DNA from: Minisyncoccota bacterium
GTDB lineage: Bacteria; Patescibacteriota; Minisyncoccia; Phycocordibacterales; UBA9973
Assembly (NCBI GenBank): GCA_041650615.1
Contig: JBAZKU010000001.1
Location: forward strand, 524,854-588,853
DNA length: 64,000 nt
Direction: 5' to 3'
Below, piece by piece: positions 39,667 through 47,834 of this stretch. A program made the translations under genes and the position numbers. The notes below the pieces were generated by a model that saw only the letters and a program-made list of their open reading frames with translations, did not search any database and was not told the DNA's origin. How positions within the stretch are numbered: position 1 is the stretch's first letter; the number at the start of each line of letters is the position of its first letter.

Positions 39667-41897
39667 TACATTACATTTTCTCCATTTTCGTTGCGAGTGA
39701 TTTTCTCCAATACTTCCCGAGGCTTTGCGCCATCGCCTGCGCTTATTACTCCGCGTTCTTCCAATTTATCCATCAGCCGTGCAGCCCGAGCATAACCCAA
39801 TTTTAATTTCCTTTGAAGATATGAAGTTGAAGCTTTGCCGGCTTCCACTACGCACAATCTTGCCTCCTCATACATTTCATCGTCATTTTCTTCGTCTTCG
39901 TCCAAAGTGCTCTCAAAAATACTTTTATCTGCCGATACGGAACCTGTGGTTAGTGATATTTCATCCGACACTTCGTCTTTATATTCATCTATCAAGTATT
40001 TTACAACTTTTTTAACTTCGGATTCCGATATAAATGCACTTTGCAAACGTTCCGGCTGAGCATCCCCGGAGGAATACAGCATATCTCCAGCGCCCAAAAG
40101 TTTTTCCGCCCCACCAGTATCCAATATGGTGCGCGAATCCACTTGAGAAGAAACCTTCAAAGCAATACGGGCCGGAATATTAGCTTTTATTAAGCCGGTA
40201 ATAATATTTACTTCCGGACGTTGAGTAGACAAGATTAAATGTATGCCGACAGCTCTGGACATTTGTGCTAAGCGAACTATAGCAGATTCTAGTTCTCTCG
40301 GATAAGCGGACATAATATCTGCCAATTCATCTATGATAATAATTATGTATGGTAAACGGTCGGCATCAACTTCTGTCTCAATCCCTTCGCTATTCGTCTT
40401 AGTTTTCTTTGGATTTTTGCCAAATACGTTAGCGTGATAAGATTCTATGTCCCGTACAGATTCCGTTTCCAGTATGTCATAACGACGATCCATTTCTTTA
40501 GCTGCCCATTTAAGAGCTAAAATTGTCTTTTTGGCATCAGTTATAACAGGAGTAAGTAAATGGGGAATATTATTGTAAAGAGTAAGCTCTACGCGTTTTG
40601 GATCAATTAATATAAGTTTTAAATCATCTGGACCATTTCTATATAAAAGGGAAGTAATCATAGAATGTATTGTCACTGATTTTCCGGAGCCGGTCGTTCC
40701 TGCTACCAAGCAATGTGGCATCTTCGCCAAATTGCCGAATAATGCTTTGCCTGAAATTTCTCGGCCGAGCGCCATAGTGAGAGGTTTTGAAGAATTTTGG
40801 AATTTACTATCCGAAAGAAGCGTGGCCAATCCCACTATTGATTTTGATTTATTTGGAATTTCAATGCCAACGAGAGATTTGCCCGGGATTGGAGCTTCTA
40901 TTCTAATCGGATGCGCTGCCAGGGAAAGAGCCAGGTCATTTTGAAGTCCGACGATGCGTGAAAGTTTTACTCCTTCGGCTGGTTTCAATGCATAACGTGT
41001 TACCGTCGGTCCGACAGTAATTTCATCCATCTCTACTTCAATACCGAAATTTGCCAGAGTACGTTTGATAATATTTGCATTGGCTTTAATATCTCCCGTA
41101 TTCGGTTTGCCTTGATCTTCTTCCAAAAGTGAAAGCGGGGGAGGGACATAGGTGGAAATTAATCCGCCCTTTCTTTTTTTAATTGGGATATCTTCCTCTT
41201 CCTCTTCTTCTTCCTTATTTTTTTTATTTAGACCGAGAGACCCTAGAGCCTTTTTAACTTTTTCCTTCGTGTTTTCCTCCTTTTCTTCGGGCATAGATTT
41301 TTCCACTTCCCTTATTTCATTTTCATTCAAAGTATCCTGGGTATTATCAAGGGTTTTCTTTCTTCTGATAATGTTCCAAATATTTTTAAAAAATGGAGCG
41401 AGATTTGGTTTTGCATCAAACATTACAAGAATAGAAATTATTAAAATCGCGCCGAGAAAAATTAAACTTGCATAAACATCAAAAAGATACACCAGTGGTG
41501 TTGATAAAATTCTTCCTAAAAATCCGCCGGTGTGTTCTTGTGAAATTGCATCTATCATCCCGAGACCGGAAAGCAAAAACATTGTTGCGCTTATTGCGCG
41601 CGTCCATCCGATGTTCGGAGTTTCTGATTTTATAAATGATGATCCGAGCAATATAAAAAGAAGAGGAAGAAGAATATATCCGACGCCAAAAAAATAATTC
41701 AAAAACTCATAAGTATTTCTTCCTGCCACTCCTCCCATGTCAAACATAGACATGGACATCAAAAGAAACAAAGCTAACACAAAAAAAAGAATTGCCCAAA
41801 TGGTATGCTTGGTTTCAGTTTTTAACCTGTTTATAGAAGAGTTGTTTTTGGAAAACTTTTGCCTGTCTTTCTTTGCCATATGCAAGTATTTTAGCAT
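39666..41897 (-). CDS. ftsK: DNA translocase FtsK/SpoIIIE
   Basis: N-terminal transmembrane segments, Walker A VAGTTGSGKSV, C-terminal winged-helix gamma domain SYLQRKLKLGYARAARLMD. Confidence 0.9.
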   Translation of the reverse strand: MLKYLHMAKKDRQKFSKNNSSINRLKTETKHTIWAILFFVLALFLLMSMSMFDMGGVAGRNTYEFLNYFFGVGYILLPLLFILLGSSFIKSETPNIGWTRAISATMFLLSGLGMIDAISQEHTGGFLGRILSTPLVYLFDVYASLIFLGAILIISILVMFDAKPNLAPFFKNIWNIIRRKKTLDNTQDTLNENEIREVEKSMPEEKEENTKEKVKKALGSLGLNKKNKEEEEEEEDIPIKKRKGGLISTYVPPPLSLLEEDQGKPNTGDIKANANIIKRTLANFGIEVEMDEITVGPTVTRYALKPAEGVKLSRIVGLQNDLALSLAAHPIRIEAPIPGKSLVGIEIPNKSKSIVGLATLLSDSKFQNSSKPLTMALGREISGKALFGNLAKMPHCLVAGTTGSGKSVTIHSMITSLLYRNGPDDLKLILIDPKRVELTLYNNIPHLLTPVITDAKKTILALKWAAKEMDRRYDILETESVRDIESYHANVFGKNPKKTKTNSEGIETEVDADRLPYIIIIIDELADIMSAYPRELESAIVRLAQMSRAVGIHLILSTQRPEVNIITGLIKANIPARIALKVSSQVDSRTILDTGGAEKLLGAGDMLYSSGDAQPERLQSAFISESEVKKVVKYLIDEYKDEVSDEISLTTGSVSADKSIFESTLDEDEENDDEMYEEARLCVVEAGKASTSYLQRKLKLGYARAARLMDKLEERGVISAGDGAKPREVLEKITRNENGENVM

Positions 41898-42175
41898 AAA
41901 TTACTCATATCAAAAAGCAGATTAGTATTTTATACTGCACGGATATTTTCTTACTAAAAAATTCCTCGTGCTCGCGCTGTCGCGCTCCCAAGGCAGTCTA
42001 AAACACTTCTGCTTTTTGATTTTAGAAAAGTGGGCAAGAGTTTTTAGCAAGACTTGCGCAGGCCGACTGGGCCGAGCATAGCAAATTTTCAGCAGAAAAT
42101 TATGGGTGTCTTGATAAAAATTGCTTACCTACTTTTCTCTTTTTAAGACTTGCTTTTTTTCTTGTCCTATATATA

Positions 42176-43042
42176 ATGGACAACATGTTAGGAGAGGATA
42201 ACAACCTAAAAGACACCTCAAAAGACTCTATAAAAGACCCTGAACAAAAGTCCTTGAGTTCGTACGGGGCAGGCACTCTAAATGTGGCAAATGTTTTACC
42301 CTATAATAAAATAAGTAAACTCATTACTGCTCTGTACATGGTAACGGACACGATGGAAAAAGAAGAACCAATACGTCTAAAGTTAAGGACACTTGGAGTG
42401 GAAATTATATCAGACATAAATTCTTTACCAAAAGGGACATTTGGTAACCTTAATGAAAAAATTACCACAATTCTGTCCTTTTTAAATATTGCTTTTGATA
42501 TTGGAATGATATCAGAAATGAATTGCAATATTTTAAAGAAAGAGTTTACGGAGTTGAAACGATCTATACAAGAGTTTACAACCCAAAACCATCTTTGGTT
42601 TGAAGAATTCATTCTTCATTCCTCCGAGAACGAAAGTCCAACTTTTAACAAACAAACGAAGATTCAACCCCCAATAAATAATATGTCTGTTAATAAAAGA
42701 CAAAGTACTAGAATTGGTGTTCAAAAGGGAGGTACTTTGTTAAAAGCTTTGTCTAATAGAGTTTCCATTATGTCTGATAAAAATAATCCCGTCTCATATG
42801 CTCCACCGGGACGAAATCATTTGGGATTTGAATTATTAAAACAACAAAGAAGAGAATCTATTTTAAAAATCATAAAAAATAAACCCGAAGGAATAAGTAT
42901 AAAGGACATTGTGTCTGCTATCCGTAATTTTGGCGAAGAGATAGGAGAAAAAACTTTACAAAGAGAACTTGTTTCCATGGTAAAGGACAATGTCCTTAAA
43001 AAGACTGGGGAGAAGAGATGGAGTCAGTATTTCATAAATTAG
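42176..43042 (+). CDS. Hypothetical protein with C-terminal winged-helix DNA-binding-like domain
   Basis: C-terminal ILKIIKNKPEGISIKDIVSAI...IGEKTLQRELVSMVKDNVLKK resembles a winged HTH. The N-terminal roughly 200 aa have no recognisable motif. Confidence 0.4.
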   Translation: MDNMLGEDNNLKDTSKDSIKDPEQKSLSSYGAGTLNVANVLPYNKISKLITALYMVTDTMEKEEPIRLKLRTLGVEIISDINSLPKGTFGNLNEKITTILSFLNIAFDIGMISEMNCNILKKEFTELKRSIQEFTTQNHLWFEEFILHSSENESPTFNKQTKIQPPINNMSVNKRQSTRIGVQKGGTLLKALSNRVSIMSDKNNPVSYAPPGRNHLGFELLKQQRRESILKIIKNKPEGISIKDIVSAIRNFGEEIGEKTLQRELVSMVKDNVLKKTGEKRWSQYFIN

Positions 43043-43178
43043 GTTCTAGTGGCTAGATTCTAGCTTCTAACCCATTGCTTCCTATCAAAAATTATGTAAT
43101 AATAGGCTTATGGGTTACCTCTTAATTTTGCTTTCCAGAACCTAGCTAATAGGGCCTAGAACCCAATTTTTGAGTTAT

Positions 43179-43311
43179 CTCCCACACTTACTTTACTGTT
43201 ATTCTGCTTTTTCAAAACATGTGTAAATTAGCTTTATTTTTAGCCCTTGAATTGTATTCTCATCAATACTCCTTGGCAGAATAAAAAGCTACAGTAAAGT
43301 AAGTGTGGGAG
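43179..43311. repeat. Inverted-repeat element (hairpin or MITE-like) in a long non-coding region
   Basis: Perfect 21-bp arms CTCCCACACTTACTTTACTGT (43179-43199) and ACAGTAAAGTAAGTGTGGGAG (43291-43311), extended by TATTCTGC/GCAGAATA (43200-43207 and 43276-43283), around a 68-nt loop. Confidence 0.6.
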
Positions 43312-43736
43312 TTATCCACATAATATATTGCCCTATCTAAAGGTTATATATTATAATGTTTGGGTGTTTACGGATCACGCATCTTATGTGTGTTCTGTAT
43401 TCGCAAATTGTATTTGTTTTCGTTCACGATTTCGTCGAAAAAATCTTGAAAGAGAACAAGCCCGACAAAGGTCAAAAATTTGTTCGGGTAAATCCATACA
43501 CTTAAAGGTAAGTGTGCGGATAAATGAAAGGTCATTGAAAACTAAATAATCCCGTTAAAAATTTTTTCAAAAATTTTGGCTCGGGATGTTTTCAGTGCAT
43601 TAGTTTAAATCTGTTCATTATTAAATTTATTTGTCGCATTATTAAATTTATAAGTTATAGGCAAATAAAAAAAATAATGATAGAAAAAATACGCTTTTAG
43701 TTTTGTCGAAACTAATTAATGGCGTAAAAAAAAATT

Positions 43737-45689
43737 ATGAGTAAATTATTAAAATCAAAAATTCTTCTTGCCCTTATGGTTGTTGCAGTAGTAGCAATAG
43801 TAGGAGTTTCTTCTACTCTCGCTTATACACATACAATAACCTTAAGACAAGGTTCATCCGGTGCTCAGGTTGCTTCACTTCAATCAGCGCTAGGGGTTAC
43901 TGCAGATGGCCAATTTGGTCCAATAACTAAAGCAGCTGTAGTATCTTTCCAGTCAGCTCACGGTCTCGTAGCCGATGGAGTTGTAGGTGCTATGACTGGC
44001 GCAGCATTGTCAGGCACAGTTAGTGGTTCTTACCCAGCAGGTTGTACTTCAACCGCAGGATATAGTTCAACAACTGGTCTTCCATGCAACAGCACTTCAT
44101 CTTTACCAGCAGGTTGTACTTCAACAGTAGGATACAGTCCAACAACTGGCGTAGCATGTTCAACAGTAGTTACAGGTCTTCCAGCAGGTTGTACTTCAAC
44201 CGCAGGATATAGTCCAACAACTGGTGAATCATGTTCAGGAACAACAACGGTTGTAAACGCAAGCGGTGAAGGTTCAATCACAGTAACTTATGATGCTGTT
44301 CCAGCAGATAACTTAGCTATTTACAGAGGGGAAAATAAGGCAGCCATGGCCTTGAAGATCAAGGCTACGGGTTCTGACATGAAAGTTACTCGTCTTTGGT
44401 TAGACATTAACACACGCATTTGGTTGTCCGCAGACTCTGTGTCCCTATTAGATGGGTCAACGGTTATCGCAACCCTTCCGCTTTCAGCTTCAACAGTTGA
44501 AGAAGTTACGGTAGGTTCTGCTTGGAGACTTCAATTCAACAGTTTGAATTTTGTGGTTCCGGTTGGAACGACAAAAGTGTTAACAGTAAATGTTAGCCGT
44601 CCAACAGCTACAGCAGCTGACTCAAGTGTTACTATTGCTACTACCAGTACCGTAAGAGCAGTTGACGCAGCCGGTATTTCAGACACATACACTCTTACAG
44701 GTCGTACTTGGAATATGGCATCCGCAGCCGCTGCTGTTGGTACATTAACAAATACTTTAAATGCCAATTCTCCAGTAGCTCAATCAGTTTCTGGTCTTAG
44801 CACTACAGCTGGTACCTTGACTGACGTTAAGTTAATGGATTTTGACCTTAAAGCAACAACCGGAGCAGTAAATGTTACAGCTATTGCTGGTACTATCACT
44901 ACTTCCGGCTCATGTACAGCAGCGCAATGTATTTCTTCCCTTGAACTTCGCGATGGAGCAACAGTTCTTGATTCCGTAACCGGGGCTGGCACATTTAGCT
45001 TCACTGAACAAGATATTGATGTTCCTAAAGATGGAACAAAGACATTGTCTATTTGGGCTAAAGTAAACCATATTGCTGCTAGTTATGTAGTAGCGGGCGA
45101 TTCAATTTATGCAATTGTAAACAGTGTTACAGGCACAAGCGGTCCTTCATATACTGCTGCTAATAACACAATTGCAGTTACAGGATATGCACAACACCTA
45201 TTCCGATATGCTCCTACCATCGCATTTGTATCAGCTACAGCAACTCCAGAGGATCAGAGTACTTCTACCACTCTTAATACGGGAGGTAACTATACTCTTG
45301 CCTTCTCTGTTACTGCTCCTTCTGGTAGCGATATCTTTGTTAATACCCCTGCATTCATTGTTGGTCAAGCTAATGTTCCTACAAAAACTACATTCGGTGT
45401 AGGAGGAACTATTGTGGTATCAACAGCTGTATCAGGAGCAACATTAAAGGGCGCTGGCAATACTGCTACCTGGGATAAAATTCCTGCAGGCCAGTCTAGG
45501 ACATTTACCCTTTCAGCACACATTCCACATGGTGGAAATGCTGGTTATGTTGGTATAAAGATAAATACTGCCGCTACTGCCGGTATTGCTTGGTCTTCAG
45601 ATGTAGATGAAGATGGTTCTACGGATATCCTACAGGTTTGGGGTGTTGATGACCTCAAGACTGGTTTGGTATACGTAACAGCAAACTAG
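43737..45689 (+). CDS. Secreted cell-surface protein: peptidoglycan-binding domain, CTSTxGYSxTTGxxC tandem repeats, large beta-rich C-terminal region (S-layer-like candidate)
   Basis: Signal peptide; PG_binding_1-like LRQGSSGAQVASLQSALGVTADGQFGPITKAAVVSFQ; three or four repeats of LPAGCTSTAGYSPTTG..C (nt about 44035-44250). Confidence 0.55.
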   Translation: MSKLLKSKILLALMVVAVVAIVGVSSTLAYTHTITLRQGSSGAQVASLQSALGVTADGQFGPITKAAVVSFQSAHGLVADGVVGAMTGAALSGTVSGSYPAGCTSTAGYSSTTGLPCNSTSSLPAGCTSTVGYSPTTGVACSTVVTGLPAGCTSTAGYSPTTGESCSGTTTVVNASGEGSITVTYDAVPADNLAIYRGENKAAMALKIKATGSDMKVTRLWLDINTRIWLSADSVSLLDGSTVIATLPLSASTVEEVTVGSAWRLQFNSLNFVVPVGTTKVLTVNVSRPTATAADSSVTIATTSTVRAVDAAGISDTYTLTGRTWNMASAAAAVGTLTNTLNANSPVAQSVSGLSTTAGTLTDVKLMDFDLKATTGAVNVTAIAGTITTSGSCTAAQCISSLELRDGATVLDSVTGAGTFSFTEQDIDVPKDGTKTLSIWAKVNHIAASYVVAGDSIYAIVNSVTGTSGPSYTAANNTIAVTGYAQHLFRYAPTIAFVSATATPEDQSTSTTLNTGGNYTLAFSVTAPSGSDIFVNTPAFIVGQANVPTKTTFGVGGTIVVSTAVSGATLKGAGNTATWDKIPAGQSRTFTLSAHIPHGGNAGYVGIKINTAATAGIAWSSDVDEDGSTDILQVWGVDDLKTGLVYVTAN

Positions 45690-45737
45690 TTAGAAATAAC
45701 GATAACTTTGGTTTATACGCCTTAAAATGTATAACAA

Positions 45738-45770
45738 AAAACCACCCCGACGGGGGTGGTTTTTTGTTTT
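45738..45770 (+). terminator. Rho-independent terminator
   Basis: CCACCCC-GACG-GGGGTGG (45742-45759) followed by TTTTTTGTTTT. Confidence 0.8.
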
Positions 45771-47816
45771 GCTTTCATCGTGTATAATAAATATGTGACC
45801 AAAAATATAAATAAAATATTAAAATATGGCAGTTATTTTTTAGTTTTTTCTTTACCTCTTTTTTATATTAAGAATACCTTTTTCCCCTATACCAGTCCCA
45901 AAACTTTTTTATTTTATGGTATCGTAGAGATTCTAACAGCTTTCTGGATTTATGCTCTTATTACGGACTCTTCATATAGATTAAATAAAAAAACTTTATT
46001 ATGTTTTCTACCATTAACGTGTTTTATCATTTGGATGACAATTGCTGGAATTTTAGCGGTCAGTCCAATGCTTTCATTTTGGTCATCAATCAGCAGAGGA
46101 ACCGGATTATTGACCTTATTTCATTGTTTTGTCTTTTCTCTAATAATTTCTTCTTTGATAAAACGCGATGGAGTGAATTATTTATACAAATTAATGCACT
46201 GGTTTATCAATAGCGGTTTCGTTTTAGCGCTTTCCATATGGTTTGGGATTGAGGGGTTTAATATTTTAAAAGATGACGGAGGGGGCGGACTAATGGGGAA
46301 TTCTTCTTTTACTGCAACTTATTTGATTTTTATTCTTGCCTTTGGATTTTTTCTTTTTACCTCTAAATCTATTAGTAATAATAGAAATAAATGGTGGCTG
46401 GGAATCAAACTTACAGCAATACTTCTATCCCCAATTTTTATAAATATCTCTGGTTTATTTACCAACCGTGGAATTTTAGGTAGCGCTCGGGGAGCAATAT
46501 CGGGAATAGCAGTAGGCTTAGTTGCAGCTTCCGTGTTTTATTTATTATTTTCACAGAAAAAAAATATTCGTATTTTAGCTATAGCATTAATAATTATCGG
46601 CTCTATAGTTTTTTCTGTCGGATGGGGACAATTATTTAATCCAAATACTTCATTACATAAATCATTTGTTGAAATTGCCAGCGGAACCCGCTTTATTTTT
46701 GCCGATATTGCGCAGGAATCAATGGAGAAACATCCTTGGTTTGGTTATGGTCCGGAAAATTATATGATTGCTTTTCAAGAGAACCTAGATACAAAAATGT
46801 TTCTTCCCGAATACAATTATGAGATTTGGTCAGATCGAGCGCATAATATTTATTATGATACAGGGGTATCCGGAGGCTATCCTGCCATTGTTTTTTATGC
46901 GCTATTTATTATTTCTATAATGTATGGTCTTTACAAATTACATAATAAAGGAATATTTAATCGCATAGGAATTGCTATCCTAGGCGGTCTGGTAATTGGC
47001 TATGTCTTCCAAAATTTATTTGTATTTGATTCCCTAGTTTCAATTATGACCTTATTTGTTCTAGCTGGAATTGTTTTTACTTACCAAGATAGTTTAGCTA
47101 AAGGAGAATTTGTTTCAAAACCTATTAGTTTGTTTATTAAAAATACTGTTGGTTTAATGTTGTTAATAGTTTGTTCCATATCTTTGGTATTTTTTGTATT
47201 CAGGCCAGGGAAAAAGATTTTTGATTATTATAGAATTGCCGAAATGCCGATTGATATTCGCGCGAGCCATTATAACGATTTATTAAAGGGATCTTCCATA
47301 GGAGAACAGTGGGATTTTAGCGACATAGCCGATAACACATATAAACTTTACAATTCCGATATTACCAGAATAAAAAACGATAAAAGTATATTGCCTTATG
47401 CAGTAAATGATATAAAAGCATTGCTTCAATATGCTGAAAAAATTGCAGAGAGAAATAAATTTAATACTAGATTAAATATCAGCGTAGTTTCCCTATATAA
47501 TATCCTTAATTATTTGAGCGATAATCCATATGATCCAGTCTTAGAGGATCACTTAGTTAAAATTTTTAACGATACTAAAATTATTTCACCTAAAAACTTG
47601 GAAATTTATTGGGCTATGGCTCAAGTTTATATGTGGAAAATGGACTATACTGAAGTAATAGATACCTATCAAAAAGCTATTGCTATTGATCCCAGTGTTC
47701 CTTTTTCCCATAATATTTTAATTATATTTGCTCAAAATATAGGGAACAAAAAGCTATATAATGAATCTTTATTAAAAGCCAAACAAGATATCCCAAATTT
47801 TTCTTTTTCTCAGTAA
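45756..47816 (+). CDS. O-antigen-ligase-like (Wzy_C) polytopic membrane protein with C-terminal TPR-like region; true start probably downstream (for example GTG 45795)
   Basis: About 12 transmembrane segments; NRGILGSARGAISGIAVGL ligase-family loop; TPR-like C-terminus. The called start lies inside the upstream terminator hairpin. Confidence 0.55.
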   Translation: MVFCFAFIVYNKYVTKNINKILKYGSYFLVFSLPLFYIKNTFFPYTSPKTFLFYGIVEILTAFWIYALITDSSYRLNKKTLLCFLPLTCFIIWMTIAGILAVSPMLSFWSSISRGTGLLTLFHCFVFSLIISSLIKRDGVNYLYKLMHWFINSGFVLALSIWFGIEGFNILKDDGGGGLMGNSSFTATYLIFILAFGFFLFTSKSISNNRNKWWLGIKLTAILLSPIFINISGLFTNRGILGSARGAISGIAVGLVAASVFYLLFSQKKNIRILAIALIIIGSIVFSVGWGQLFNPNTSLHKSFVEIASGTRFIFADIAQESMEKHPWFGYGPENYMIAFQENLDTKMFLPEYNYEIWSDRAHNIYYDTGVSGGYPAIVFYALFIISIMYGLYKLHNKGIFNRIGIAILGGLVIGYVFQNLFVFDSLVSIMTLFVLAGIVFTYQDSLAKGEFVSKPISLFIKNTVGLMLLIVCSISLVFFVFRPGKKIFDYYRIAEMPIDIRASHYNDLLKGSSIGEQWDFSDIADNTYKLYNSDITRIKNDKSILPYAVNDIKALLQYAEKIAERNKFNTRLNISVVSLYNILNYLSDNPYDPVLEDHLVKIFNDTKIISPKNLEIYWAMAQVYMWKMDYTEVIDTYQKAIAIDPSVPFSHNILIIFAQNIGNKKLYNESLLKAKQDIPNFSFSQ

Positions 47817-47834
47817 ATATTTGTAATTAAACCG

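Noticed and set aside
43328-43549. 73-aa ORF inside the non-coding island
   Set aside because: It is Arg/Cys-rich and low-complexity, has no start context, and overlaps the hairpin elements. It is more likely non-coding.
45756-45795. GTG start of the first O-antigen-ligase-like gene at 45756
   Set aside because: This start lies inside the stem of the upstream terminator hairpin. A downstream GTG (45780 or 45795) is more plausible, though the exact start is unresolved.
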